A stretch of 64,000 bases of DNA from Waterburya sp. (GCA_965217895.1 CBDCJV010000002.1:96001-160000); one strand, 5' to 3'; counted from the first letter of the stretch, positions 11,505-22,312 are shown. The notes: generated by a model from the sequence alone, not told the origin. Numbers and translations: made by a program.

Positions 11505-14186
11505 GTGGCGGTCGAATTGGGAAGTATAGGGGTAATTGTAATCTTTATTTTTATTACTCCTATCATGTCTTCCAAGCTCAGACAGCGTTGTTTATTATTG
11601 TTTGTTTTTGCCATAGTAGGATTATCAACTAATCTATTTTCTATCCTCTATCAGATGCCTGCTGTTTCGGCTAGAACAACTTCCAATCAAACAGTTGTTA
11701 CTTCTAAAAGTGCTCAGAAGCTTGAGGCGCAAGGCAAATATTTTTATTCTCTTAGCCAGTTTACACAAGCTCTGGAGCTATGGCATCAGGCTGAGTTGAT
11801 TTATGCTGATTCTGAAGACTCTTTGAGCCAAGCAAGGATTTTGAGCAATCTAGCTTTAGCCTATAGCCAATTAAATAATTGGGAGCAAAGCACGGCAAAG
11901 ATAACCGCTAGTTTGCAATTGCTAAACCAAGAGCCTGAGATTAATTCTCCAGAACACATTCGCGCTTTGGCACAGGTGTTTAATAACCAAGGAATAATCC
12001 AGCTAAGTCAGGGAAAAGTAGAACAGGCGATCGCAACTTGGTCACAGGCAAAAGTTAATTATGAAGAGTCTGGCAATGATTTGGGGGTAATTCGCGCATC
12101 TATCAATCAAGCCAGTGCTTTTAAGCAATTAGGGCTTTACCATCGTGCTGTAACCACCTTGGCTGAGGTGGAGAAGCATTTGGCACAACAGCCAGATTCT
12201 CTCCTTAAAGCTACAGGATTAAGAAGCTATGGTGATATTTTGCGTCTTGGAGGTCAAAATAAGCAGTCAAAACAAATTTTGTCGCAAAGTTTGGCAATTG
12301 CAGCCAGAATAAATGCTCCAGAAGAACAGGTTAAAACGTTATTAGCATTGGGTAATAGCTACAAACCAGAATCGCAAAAAGCTTTTAAAAAGTATCAACA
12401 GGGGTTAGATATATGTCGGCAGCAGCCTAACTGCTTGAGAACTGATTTACCTCTGCAAATTCATTTAGCTCAGATTAACCTTTTAACAGAAACTCACTCT
12501 TGGCAGCGCAGCCAGGAATTGATTCCTACTATTCAAGCTGAACTTAATCAATCACTAAATAGTAGAACAAACATCAATCAGAAAATTAATTTTGCCTATA
12601 ATCTGGTTAAATTAAGGCATATATCGCCAGCAAAAGCTTTAAAAGCACAGAAAATTCTTACTTCCTCGGCAATAGAGCAATTTCTTGTTAATACGCTCCA
12701 GCAGGCAAAAGCTCTAGACTATATCAAAGCCCAATCCTACATCTTGGGGTTACAAGGACAGATCGAAGAAGAAGCTCAAGATTGGCAGAATGCCCAAAAA
12801 TACACGCAACAGGCTTTAGTTTTAGCTCAAAACCTGGATGCACCAGAAATTATCTATCTTTGGCAATGGCAATTAGGTAGAATTGATCGGGCTTTAGGAG
12901 ATCGCGCAACTGCGATCGCTGATTATTCTCAAGCGGTAGAAATATTGCAATCCCTTAGCCAAGATCTGGTAGCTATTGATCCCAATCTTCAATATTCATT
13001 CAGCAATAGTGTCGAGCCTGTTTATCGAGAATTGGTTAGTTTGTTATTAGAAGCCGAACCAGGAGAAGAAGTTAGTCAAGTTAATCTAATCAGGGCAAGA
13101 AAGGTTATTGAGTCTCTCCAGTTAGCTGAATTAAATAACTTTTTTAGGGAGGCGTGTTTAGATGCTCAGGCAGTAAACATAGAAAACATCGATGCTCAAG
13201 CAGCCGTAATCTATCCAATTATTTTAAGCGATCGCCTAGAAGTAATACTCAGTTTGCCCCATAAACCACTCAAGCATTATCAAGCAGACATCTCGCAAGT
13301 TGAATTAGAAAAAATTATTGCCCAATTACGTCATGATGTTGTAGTACGAAGTCGTCGTAATTTCTATAGTCCAGCCATCAAGCTGTATGATTTGCTAATT
13401 CGTCCTGCCTTAGAAGATTTAGCTAACAGTCAAATTAAAACTTTAGTTTTTGTGCCTGATGGAGCTTTTCGTAACATTCCTTTGGGAACTTTATACGATG
13501 GTCAAAAATTTCTGATTGAAGACTATAGCATTGCCTTGACTCCTGGGTTGCAGTTACTCGCTCCCCATCCTTTAGAACAGGTTAAATTAAAAACAATCAT
13601 CGCCGGATTAACTAAAAGCAGACAAGGTTTTTCGCCGCTAAACTATGTTGAATCTGAGCTAAAAGAAATAGGGAAGATGGTTGATGGTGTTACTCTGCTG
13701 AATCAAAATTTCACAGCTAAAGCCCTAGAGCAAGAAATTAAATTCAATGACTATCCAATTGTCCACATTGCTACTCATGGTCAGTTTAGTTCAACCCTAG
13801 AAGATACTTTTCTTCTAACCTGGAATGAGCGCGTCAATATTAACGAGCTAGACAGTATTTTACAGACTAGAAATCCCAGTCAAGATAATGCCATTGAACT
13901 TTTGGTTTTAAGTGCCTGTGAAACAGCATCAGGAGACAAACGGGCAGCCCTAGGATTAGCAGGAATGGCGGTAAGAGCAGGAGCAAGAAGCACTTTAGCC
14001 ACTCTTTGGTCAGTCAATGACCGTGCAGCTTCCAAACTTATGAGCGACTTTTATTATGAATTAGCTGCTAAAAAACTGACTAAAGCAGAAGCTGTAAGAC
14101 AAGCACAAATATCTTTACTGCATAACTCCTGGTACAAACACCCTTTTTATTGGGCTCCTTATGTACTATTGGGAAATTGGCTCTGA
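11505..14186 (+). CDS. TPR + CHAT (caspase-like) domain protein; true start probably ATG at 11565
   Basis: TPR helices; CHAT motifs FVPDG, HIATHGQF, LVLSACET, LWSVND, HPFYWAPYVLLGNW; signal-like hydrophobic stretch near the N-terminus. Confidence 0.9.
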   Translation: MAVELGSIGVIVIFIFITPIMSSKLRQRCLLLFVFAIVGLSTNLFSILYQMPAVSARTTSNQTVVTSKSAQKLEAQGKYFYSLSQFTQALELWHQAELIYADSEDSLSQARILSNLALAYSQLNNWEQSTAKITASLQLLNQEPEINSPEHIRALAQVFNNQGIIQLSQGKVEQAIATWSQAKVNYEESGNDLGVIRASINQASAFKQLGLYHRAVTTLAEVEKHLAQQPDSLLKATGLRSYGDILRLGGQNKQSKQILSQSLAIAARINAPEEQVKTLLALGNSYKPESQKAFKKYQQGLDICRQQPNCLRTDLPLQIHLAQINLLTETHSWQRSQELIPTIQAELNQSLNSRTNINQKINFAYNLVKLRHISPAKALKAQKILTSSAIEQFLVNTLQQAKALDYIKAQSYILGLQGQIEEEAQDWQNAQKYTQQALVLAQNLDAPEIIYLWQWQLGRIDRALGDRATAIADYSQAVEILQSLSQDLVAIDPNLQYSFSNSVEPVYRELVSLLLEAEPGEEVSQVNLIRARKVIESLQLAELNNFFREACLDAQAVNIENIDAQAAVIYPIILSDRLEVILSLPHKPLKHYQADISQVELEKIIAQLRHDVVVRSRRNFYSPAIKLYDLLIRPALEDLANSQIKTLVFVPDGAFRNIPLGTLYDGQKFLIEDYSIALTPGLQLLAPHPLEQVKLKTIIAGLTKSRQGFSPLNYVESELKEIGKMVDGVTLLNQNFTAKALEQEIKFNDYPIVHIATHGQFSSTLEDTFLLTWNERVNINELDSILQTRNPSQDNAIELLVLSACETASGDKRAALGLAGMAVRAGARSTLATLWSVNDRAASKLMSDFYYELAAKKLTKAEAVRQAQISLLHNSWYKHPFYWAPYVLLGNWL

Positions 14187-14206
14187 GAGTAGATTCCTTT
14201 ATATTT

Positions 14207-15685
14207 CTATTTCTCTGGTTTTTCGTCTTGCCAAGTTTTGGTACAGACAACAAATAATTCAACTCCCAATTCGCTACTTTGAATTTCTACGGGCAAAGAA
14301 CGGAATTTAGAACGAGAAAACAGTTTTTCTAAATCTTCGGCAGAGCGATAAATAGAGTGCCATTCAAGGATATGTTCTAACAAAACGCGATCGGGGTTAG
14401 CAGCATGAAAGTTACCTAAAATTACAGTACCGTTAGGTAAAAGACGCTCATAAATCCAGTCTAAGATGCGAATTAACTCGCGATCGCGCAGATAATTTGC
14501 CATACTGATGCTATAAATTAGCTGCTGAGGTGGAATGTCTATATGGCTATAGCCTTCTGCTAATAAAAAGAGATTATCTTGAATAAAAGTTAAATTGTCC
14601 CGAAAGCCCCATTTATGAGCCACAGCAGCAGCAGCAGCTAAATCTTGGTGATTAAAATCTATACAGGTAACATGAGCATTTGGTGGTGAACTTTGAAAAT
14701 AAAGATCTAATATTTCTGGTGCAGAACCACTGGCTAAACTAGTGACAGGCATAGGATCGTCCGCTGACCAATCTTCTGCTAGCTGCTTAACAGTGTCGGT
14801 AATTATGCCCCCACGATTTTTCAGAGCTAAAAAAGTGGGTAATGAACGAATCCAACGGTCTAAATAAATTCCTAAATGTCCATCTCCTTCTGGCTCATTT
14901 TGAGATAAAAGTCTAGTGATATAGCAATCGCTGACACAATCTCCAGGCTTACGAAAGGCGCGATCGAAAAAGCTACTGAGCATATAAAAAGGAAAAGTTT
15001 CGCGAAACAAGTAAGTTCCAATCGCTTTTTGCATAGCTGGCTCTTGAATAATCTGCTCTCGCAAAGAATTAATCAGCATATTGCAAATTTTATTAATTTG
15101 TTCTTGAGCCTCCGTTTCGCTTAGTTTCTTCTCGCGAATAGACTGTTCAATATGATAAAGAGCTTCTTTAAATAATTCTGTTTCGCCAATTAATTCAGGA
15201 GGTATGCTGTCTTGCCCAACCTGTCCCGTTCGCTGCATCTCATATTCAGGAGCGATGCGCACTCGTCGCATCAAATGAGCCACCAAAGAAGAGGTTTGAC
15301 GCAAACGGCCTGCAAGATTGTGCGCCAAAGACTGATAAAAACGGTCTGATAAACCTGGCACAGAGGTCAGCAAAGAATAAAGATTTTGCTTATCTAAAAT
15401 ACAAACTTCTACTTTGCCTTGAGCAATCACCGCAGCACTAGCGGGAACTTCTTCTAAAAAAGACATTTCGCCAAAAACTTCGCCTGGCTCTAAAAATGAA
15501 ATTGCTACTCCCCTACCAGAAGCTGACCTTTCAACTCTAACTATGCCTTTTCTAACTAAATAAATCTGCTGAGACAAACGACCCTCTTTAAGAATCACCT
15601 CGTTTTGCTCGTAGGTGGCAACTTGGGCTTTTTCCAGTAGAACATTATAATCTTCGGTGGTTAGATATTTTAGTTTGCTGTCCAT
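14207..15685 (-). CDS. Cyclic-nucleotide-binding domain fused to a class I SAM-dependent methyltransferase-like domain
   Basis: cNMP motif IYLVRKG...GEVFGEMSFL...ASAAV; C-terminal SLASGSAPE, CIDFN, LIYSISMANYL, LLPNGTVILGNF. Confidence 0.8.
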   Translation of the reverse strand: MDSKLKYLTTEDYNVLLEKAQVATYEQNEVILKEGRLSQQIYLVRKGIVRVERSASGRGVAISFLEPGEVFGEMSFLEEVPASAAVIAQGKVEVCILDKQNLYSLLTSVPGLSDRFYQSLAHNLAGRLRQTSSLVAHLMRRVRIAPEYEMQRTGQVGQDSIPPELIGETELFKEALYHIEQSIREKKLSETEAQEQINKICNMLINSLREQIIQEPAMQKAIGTYLFRETFPFYMLSSFFDRAFRKPGDCVSDCYITRLLSQNEPEGDGHLGIYLDRWIRSLPTFLALKNRGGIITDTVKQLAEDWSADDPMPVTSLASGSAPEILDLYFQSSPPNAHVTCIDFNHQDLAAAAAVAHKWGFRDNLTFIQDNLFLLAEGYSHIDIPPQQLIYSISMANYLRDRELIRILDWIYERLLPNGTVILGNFHAANPDRVLLEHILEWHSIYRSAEDLEKLFSRSKFRSLPVEIQSSELGVELFVVCTKTWQDEKPEK

Positions 15686-15728
15686 TTACTCTGATTTCTC
15701 CTTGCTCCACCCAGTCATAGTTCCCAAA

Positions 15729-17063
15729 TTAATCATTCTGCACATCATTTTGGGTCAAAGAATTAGCAAATTGGCAATTAGATAAATTAGGTCGCCAGGC
15801 TCGATCGTGAAATAAGTTTTTTAGGGCTGTCTTTCTTCTTTGAGGTGATTCGGCTGAGAGATTCCAGAGACTTTCGTAAAAGAAAAAGGATATTCCCGCA
15901 AACTTCTGACGACGGGCGATATTAACCTGCTGATAAATTTTGTGCCAAAATATGGGACGACCTTTCAAGCCTGATAAGATGCCAATTCCTACAGGAATAT
16001 GTTCCTTGGCTTCGAGAATTGCAGGCTGTTCTAATTCTCGCAGAAAACTAGCAGTGCGATCGCGATATATTTGGACAATTAGTTCTTCAATTAAGCCTTC
16101 TCTTTCCCATTTGTGCCAGTCCAACAAAAAGGAATTGAGTGAAAATTCTTGGGGGTTGGGAGATACAGACACAATCGCTTGGGAGTTGTGGCTTTTGATC
16201 TCCTGAAATAGCTTGGCTACATAAGTCGTAATTTTATCCGCCCGCCACTGAACCCAATCTGGATTTAAAGGATCTTTTGGGGGTAATTTGCCCTCATGCT
16301 CCTGTTGATATAGCTTGACGGTATATTCGTCATAGCCCAACTCAGACGGATAGCCAAAGTGATCGTCTAGCTGAATGCCGTCAATGTCGTAGTTACTAAC
16401 TATCTCGACGATTAAATCAGTCATAAACTCCTGAACATCGGGGCGTAAAGGATTAAGCCAGACTCGTTGATGTACATTTCCTTCCCACCAAATAGTGCTA
16501 CCGTCTTGTCTTTTGGTTAGCCATTGAGGGTGACGCTGGGCTAACTCAGAATCAGCAGGAGCCATAAAGCCAAACTCAAACCAGGGAATGACGCTCATGC
16601 CCTTTTTATGTCCCTCTTTGACAATTTCCTTTAAAATATCTCGACCCTGTAGTCCTTGATTGGGGTCGAGTGCTAAACCTGTAGCTGCTTCTGAAACCTG
16701 GGAAGGATAAAGAGTATAGCCCCAGTTCCAGACTGTCGGATAAAGAGTATTAAAATTAGATTCTGCCAAAAGTGCGATCGCTTTTTTGGTCTTTTCACTC
16801 TCAAACAAAACATCACTATCTATATTTGTCAGCCACACTCCCCTTAACTCTTTTGTTTTGTCTATTTGGCATACTTGGTTTTCAGTCGGATTTATTTTTC
16901 CATTTCCTAAATCCTGAGAATGACCAGGAAAAGGAGTGATAGATACCAAAGTTAAAGCCAAAATAAACAGAAAAATCAGCCAGTATTGACGACCTCGATC
17001 TTGACTAAATTGAACTAATTTATTGGCGCAGATATCAAATGATTTAGCAATGCGTTCTTTCAT
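15729..17063 (-). CDS. GHL10/DUF187 glycoside hydrolase-like protein
   Basis: ELRGVWLT, NTLYPTVW, VIPWFEFG, YDIDGIQLDDHFGYP; N-terminal signal/TM segment. Confidence 0.85.
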   Translation of the reverse strand: MKERIAKSFDICANKLVQFSQDRGRQYWLIFLFILALTLVSITPFPGHSQDLGNGKINPTENQVCQIDKTKELRGVWLTNIDSDVLFESEKTKKAIALLAESNFNTLYPTVWNWGYTLYPSQVSEAATGLALDPNQGLQGRDILKEIVKEGHKKGMSVIPWFEFGFMAPADSELAQRHPQWLTKRQDGSTIWWEGNVHQRVWLNPLRPDVQEFMTDLIVEIVSNYDIDGIQLDDHFGYPSELGYDEYTVKLYQQEHEGKLPPKDPLNPDWVQWRADKITTYVAKLFQEIKSHNSQAIVSVSPNPQEFSLNSFLLDWHKWEREGLIEELIVQIYRDRTASFLRELEQPAILEAKEHIPVGIGILSGLKGRPIFWHKIYQQVNIARRQKFAGISFFFYESLWNLSAESPQRRKTALKNLFHDRAWRPNLSNCQFANSLTQNDVQND

Positions 17064-17171
17064 TAAATGTCTTAATAATCCAATAATTATGGCGATTATA
17101 ACCCTTTAGTTTAATCTCAAACTATATTTTGTTTTACACAAAAATTTGATATTCAATATTTAAGCTTAAAT

Positions 17172-18020
17172 TTAAGGATCAGCAGCTTTAGAATTAGCTT
17201 GAATAAACCTTTGTAAAGTCTGAAAATACTGTTGACCTCCTAGCTGATGCACGTTCATGTGTCCTGCTTGAGGAATAATCACTAGCTCTTTAGGTTCGGG
17301 TGAAGCATTAAAGAGCTTCTGCGCCATATAAGCTGGAATAGTTCGATCGTCCTCACCATGAAATATTAATAAAGGAGTTTGCAGAGACTTTATTTTAGTA
17401 ATTGAATCAAAGCGTTGAGTAACAATCCAATCTAAAGGAAAAAGTCGGAAAGCTTGATTAAACCCAGCAATCTCTTTCATAGAAGTAAAAGTTCCTTCGG
17501 TAATTAATCCAGCCATCTGCGGGTGTTTTATTGCTAGATTTATGGCGATCGCACCACCTAATGAATGACCATAGACAAAGATATTCTGAGGCTTGATTTG
17601 GCGTTTTTTAGTTAAGTATTCCCAGGCTGCATCAGCATCTTCGTATACCCTTGTTTCATTCGGAAATCCAGGACTGCTTTTACCATAGCCTCGATAGTCT
17701 ATCAGTAAAACTGATAACCCCAACTTATGAAACATAGCAGCAATCCCAGGTAAATCCCCATTATTGCTGCCATTACCGTGAAAATACAGCAAAACTGGAG
17801 CAGTTTTTTTGGTCTGAGGAATCCACCATCCATGAATTTTTTCTTGGTCTATAGCAATCCAAACATCTTGATAGTCTAAACTGTATTTTTCGGGAGTTGA
17901 TTTAATTAAGTCATCAGGCTGAAATATTAATTTAGTTTGTCCAAAACGTAATATTAAACAGATAAAAATGTATAGAGTTACACAAACTCCAGGAATAATA
18001 AAACCAAGTTTTTTTAGCAT
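17172..18020 (-). CDS. Alpha/beta hydrolase (ABHD13/YfhR-like)
   Basis: YFHGNG, DYRGYGKS, nucleophile GHSLGG, FHGEDD, AGH. Confidence 0.9.
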   Translation of the reverse strand: MLKKLGFIIPGVCVTLYIFICLILRFGQTKLIFQPDDLIKSTPEKYSLDYQDVWIAIDQEKIHGWWIPQTKKTAPVLLYFHGNGSNNGDLPGIAAMFHKLGLSVLLIDYRGYGKSSPGFPNETRVYEDADAAWEYLTKKRQIKPQNIFVYGHSLGGAIAINLAIKHPQMAGLITEGTFTSMKEIAGFNQAFRLFPLDWIVTQRFDSITKIKSLQTPLLIFHGEDDRTIPAYMAQKLFNASPEPKELVIIPQAGHMNVHQLGGQQYFQTLQRFIQANSKAADP

Positions 18021-18538
18021 TAATAAATCTTTAAAATCTAGTAATATATCTTTGGGCTGACTGCGATCCCCGTTATCTGTGATAATTTAGAAATTCCAAT
18101 TGTTTATTACCCATAAAGTAAAGCAAATTTAACATTATTTTATAAACTAAGAATTTTCTTGACCTATAATAAAAGAAAGCGCAACTTTACACTATCTTTA
18201 AGTTATTTATCTAGCTTGAGATCAACATTGGTCAACGATCGTCAAAGGATTCGTCCGTCTAAGGCAGAGTAATCTCTAGCTTTAATTTAAAACCCCTTAA
18301 GAAAATCCAGGATTCAAGATCCTATCTGAATCTGCTTTTTAGAACAACTTTTAATATATAAAATTCTTGCCCACTGTTTTGAAGCAGTTTACAAGAGTTG
18401 CCTTGATTTGAGGTTATTTAATTCAAATCATTTTTTTACTGCTACAGCTAAATTCAATCATAATATTTTCTCAAATTTTGCCGACAACAAGATTCAGTTT
18501 ACCGTGACTATTGCTATATATTAGAGGTATCTAAAACC

Positions 18539-18763
18539 ATGAAAACTTATGCTTTGTGTCCTTGCTGTTCCAATAAATTAATGCACCACATAAGTCGTCA
18601 TCGAGATTACTGGTTTTGTCGTGGGTGCTGGCAAGAAATGCCTTTAATTAATATTGAGATAATAGAAGAAGAAACTTACGATTTTAACAGTGAACGAAAA
18701 ATAAACGTCAAATCCATAGCTAATTTAGTAAAACCTACAAAAGTAAGCTTGACCATCGGTTAA
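18539..18763 (+). CDS. Small cyanobacterial zinc-ribbon-like protein
   Basis: CPCC...WFCRGCWQEMP; RBS-like GAGGT upstream. Confidence 0.7.
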   Translation: MKTYALCPCCSNKLMHHISRHRDYWFCRGCWQEMPLINIEIIEEETYDFNSERKINVKSIANLVKPTKVSLTIG

Positions 18764-18935
18764 TCAAGCAAACTCAATTAAAGACTCAATAAATTTAGAC
18801 GTAGTTTATGAAAATAGACCCACTTAATCATGTTGTCCAATTAGATAAAAGTGAAGCTAAAATAAAGTTTTGATTTCTGCACAAAGTATAATGTGTAGAA
18901 AGTATAGTTTATCTGTAGGACAATGCTTTTAGCTG

Positions 18936-19775
18936 ATGAATAATTTATCTCAACTTCGAGACAAGATAAAAAAGAAAAGCAAAAAAGCTGCCCTAAAAGC
19001 CACAAACTTAATTCAAAATAGCTTTGGTCTTTCAGGAGGAAACATGACTCAGCACGATCGCGTAGTGTTCGATCTAAAGGGTTATATTGTCATACCCGCT
19101 GTCTTAAACGAAAATGAGGTCAAGGTAATCAAAGATTTGGTACTGCGCCAAAAGAACGATCCAGAGTCGTTACCATCCCACGAGCGTTATTTACCAGGAG
19201 GAGCTTTTGCTAAACTAATTGACCATCCTGCGGTGATGAATGTGCTGTTAGATGTAATCGATCCAGATGTCAATAAGATCCGTTTGGAAAACGCTTTTTT
19301 GAGCTACCGAGAAAAAGGCGAGGGAGAGTGGAATCCCCATGCAGGTGGACCAACTACCAACCCTAACTATGCCTATAATTTTCAGGATGGCAGAATTTAT
19401 GCGGGCATGACGCGAGTAGTTTGGGAATTGAATGAAGTTTTAGAAGATAAAGGCGGAACCTGTTTTATCCCAGGAAGCCACAAAGCGAACTACAATATTC
19501 GCACCAATCCTGTTACCACTATCGATGCTAGAGATTCAGGACTGTGGGAAAGCTATAGTTGTCCTCCTGGCTCACTAATAATTTTCTCCGAAGCAGTCAG
19601 ACACTCAGGTGATATTTGGCAAAATCCTCATAACCCTCGTGCAGCAATTTTCTGTGCTTATAATCACATCAATGTACGCCATCATAAGCCAAATATTCCC
19701 CCAGAAGTTATTACCAATTTAGCTCCCAAACATCAGCGTTTTTTCAGGGAAGTCTATCATCCTTTGTTCGATTAA
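18936..19775 (+). CDS. PhyH-family Fe(II)/2-oxoglutarate oxygenase; probable true start ATG at 19044
   Basis: FDLKGYIV, GGTCFIPGSHK, PGSLIIFSEAVRHSG, RAAIF; AGGAGG RBS just upstream of the ATG at 19044. Confidence 0.8.
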   Translation: MNNLSQLRDKIKKKSKKAALKATNLIQNSFGLSGGNMTQHDRVVFDLKGYIVIPAVLNENEVKVIKDLVLRQKNDPESLPSHERYLPGGAFAKLIDHPAVMNVLLDVIDPDVNKIRLENAFLSYREKGEGEWNPHAGGPTTNPNYAYNFQDGRIYAGMTRVVWELNEVLEDKGGTCFIPGSHKANYNIRTNPVTTIDARDSGLWESYSCPPGSLIIFSEAVRHSGDIWQNPHNPRAAIFCAYNHINVRHHKPNIPPEVITNLAPKHQRFFREVYHPLFD

Positions 19776-19865
19776 TTGTTGTTTTGATTTAGTTTTTTTT
19801 AGAGTCAAAAATATCTACAATTAAAATAGCATTAGCTGTTAATCATAAAATTACTTTCTCACGTT

Positions 19866-20684
19866 ATGCGCGATCGCTACATAGTAAATAGCAAGCCGAC
19901 TATAATCAGGCAAATAATAACCCTGGTGTTTATCCTGGCAGCTTTTGGCACGAATATTTTAGCCAACGTCAATCCTCCTAAGGGCTTAACTATTGGTCAA
20001 ATTTCCAACAAGTTTTTTGGCGATATTTTGATTATTCCTGCTAATTATGCTTTTGCTATTTGGGGCATAATTTATTTTGGTTTAATTAGTTTTGCTATAT
20101 ACCAAGCTCTCCCTAGACAAAGAAGTAATTTGTTGCTACAGCAAATTGGCTACAAGCTAGCAATTTCCTCCTTAGCTCAGGTTGCCTGGGTATTTTGCTT
20201 TATATATCGGCAATATGCTGCTTCTTTCTTGGCAATGTTAGGCATATTACTGCCTCTGATTGCTGCTTATTGGTGTTTACCTTTTAAATCTACTACTAAT
20301 CGTCACCACCGTATAAACAAACAGGATAAATGGTTAATTCGTATTCCAATCAGTATTTATCTATCTTGGATTAGCGTGGCGACAATAGTTAATGGAGCAA
20401 TCGTTTTAAAATCTTGGCAGTGGGGTGGCTGGGGTATAAGCGCGGAGATTTGGACAATCATTATGCTGCTGCTAGCTGCTTTTATTACTCATTTGATTAG
20501 TATTCCCAGACTCGATTTCTTTTATGCGGGAGTGTTTGTTTGGGCATTAATGGCGATCGCCATTAAAAACACCGATAAACTTATCATTTCAGGTACAGCG
20601 ATCGGTTTAAGTTTGGCTTTGACTATTTTGATCTTGTCTTTTAGTTTTTATGCTCCAAGCTATCGAAATATAGAGAATAGTTAA
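19866..20684 (+). CDS. Integral membrane protein, TspO / tryptophan-rich sensory protein-like
   Basis: Multiple TM helices; PANYAFAIWGIIY; ISIYLSWISVATIVN. Confidence 0.65.
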   Translation: MRDRYIVNSKPTIIRQIITLVFILAAFGTNILANVNPPKGLTIGQISNKFFGDILIIPANYAFAIWGIIYFGLISFAIYQALPRQRSNLLLQQIGYKLAISSLAQVAWVFCFIYRQYAASFLAMLGILLPLIAAYWCLPFKSTTNRHHRINKQDKWLIRIPISIYLSWISVATIVNGAIVLKSWQWGGWGISAEIWTIIMLLLAAFITHLISIPRLDFFYAGVFVWALMAIAIKNTDKLIISGTAIGLSLALTILILSFSFYAPSYRNIENS

Positions 20685-20765
20685 TTTTTAAGTAATAAAG
20701 TTATTGCATAAACTGTTATTGATTACTTTAGTAAAGGATAAGAGGTGATATGTATTTATATGTAA

Positions 20766-21554
20766 ATGAATAATTTAAGCAAACCAATGCTCAAAGGTAA
20801 GATTGTTGGTTTAGTGATTATCATTTTAACTTTAGGAATACTATTTAAATTTTTGCTGCTAAAAGGTACGACCAAAAAATTATTGGCAAAATGTGATTCT
20901 CAGCAAGCGTGTAAAAATCAGTCTGTCGTAGTTTTGCATGGTTTGGTTCGTTCTTCTGCTTCAATGAATAAGGTTAGTCAGGCTTTGAATAAGTCAGGTT
21001 ATACTGTCTGCAATATTCAATATCCTTCTAGAAAACACGGTATACCTGAATTAGCTACTGATTTTGTCTATCCAAAAATCAAACAGTGCTTAGGTAATTT
21101 GAAGCAACCAATTAATTTTGTGACCCATTCTTTAGGAGGAATAATTGTTAGGCAATTAGCTCAATCAACGGACATTAAAATAAATCGTGTCGTCATGCTT
21201 AGTCCGCCTAATCACGGTAGCGAATTAGTCGATAAACTCAAAATACTGCCGTTGTTTGGATTAATTAATGATCAGGCTGGTTTATCTTTAGGTACTGAAG
21301 CTAATTCTGTTCCTAATACTTTAGGAGAGGTGACTTTTGAAACGGGTATTATTGTAGGTAATAAAAGCTACAATCCAGTTTATTCCTATTTAATACCTGG
21401 GGCTGATGACGGTAAAGTGTCGCTATCTAGTGCGAAAGTTGCCAAGATGAAAGACTTTTTAGTTGTCTCCCATAGTCATAGCTTTATGATGAATAGTGAT
21501 GCTGTTATTAAGCAAACAATTAACTTTCTGGAAAATGGTGAATTTGCTCGATGA
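20766..21554 (+). CDS. Alpha/beta-fold lipase/esterase with N-terminal anchor
   Basis: VVLHGL, THSLGG, MLSPPNHGS, DDGKVS, HSFMM. Confidence 0.85.
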   Translation: MNNLSKPMLKGKIVGLVIIILTLGILFKFLLLKGTTKKLLAKCDSQQACKNQSVVVLHGLVRSSASMNKVSQALNKSGYTVCNIQYPSRKHGIPELATDFVYPKIKQCLGNLKQPINFVTHSLGGIIVRQLAQSTDIKINRVVMLSPPNHGSELVDKLKILPLFGLINDQAGLSLGTEANSVPNTLGEVTFETGIIVGNKSYNPVYSYLIPGADDGKVSLSSAKVAKMKDFLVVSHSHSFMMNSDAVIKQTINFLENGEFAR

Positions 21555-21582
21555 GTAACTGTAATTTTAGTTTGAATTTTAA

Positions 21583-21678
21583 TAGACTTCTTGCATGAAT
21601 ATATTTTTTAGTAATAGTTTTAAAATCTCTGACTTCTGACTTCATTCTCAACCGATATTTCTTATTTGTGCAAGAGGT
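21583..21678. mobile_element. MITE-like element with imperfect terminal inverted repeats
   Basis: Left end TAGACTTCTTGCA, right end TGCAAGAGGT; internal TCTGACT heptamers. Confidence 0.5.
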
Positions 21679-21696
21679 AAAATCAGTAATTAGTAA

Positions 21697-22233
21697 TTAG
21701 GGTTTGCTAGCCAATTTTGCCCTTAAACTAAAGCTTATTTCGCCATTTCTTTCCAGACAAGCTTTTTCAACACGTTCAAGTTTATCTACCTGACATTGAA
21801 CACGTAAAGTTGATTCCAAATCTTTTTTAGTTATGTGACTATTTCGCATAGCTTTAGGGCATAGTTGACCATCTTTAATCAATATTCGCGATCGCCCTTT
21901 TATCTTGCTTTCCAGTCTACTAGAATGAAAGGCTACCGCCGCGAAAAACCAGTGCATCACCACTAAAATAAAGGCAGCAAAAATAGACTCAAAAAAAGCA
22001 GAAGTTCCGTTAATTGCGCGACTAAGAGTAGAGCCAAAGATAATACTAAGAATTACATCAAGAGCAGCATATTTACCAATAAAACGGCGATCGCCAACCA
22101 TTCTCACCATGACCAATGCAGCTATATAGATAACTGCTGCTCTTAGTCCCATTTGGCATATATTTAGCTGTTCTAACTGTTGGGCATCTAACCCTAAAGC
22201 TAAGCTGATTGTCTCTCTTATTGAAGCAATCAT
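21697..22233 (-). CDS. DUF421/YetF-family membrane protein
   Basis: Three TM helices, then LIKDGQ...ITKKDL...LERNGEISF. Confidence 0.85.
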   Translation of the reverse strand: MIASIRETISLALGLDAQQLEQLNICQMGLRAAVIYIAALVMVRMVGDRRFIGKYAALDVILSIIFGSTLSRAINGTSAFFESIFAAFILVVMHWFFAAVAFHSSRLESKIKGRSRILIKDGQLCPKAMRNSHITKKDLESTLRVQCQVDKLERVEKACLERNGEISFSLRAKLASKP

Positions 22234-22312
22234 GAAGTAATCTATTATTTGAATTTATAATTATTTATTGCCAGCTTCAGCTTGAGTATCTAGATCGCGA
22301 TTGTTTTATTCT

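Noticed and set aside
18225..18405. Hairpins upstream of the 74-aa zinc-ribbon gene considered as a c-di-GMP riboswitch
   Set aside because: I could not match the GEMM consensus on either strand.
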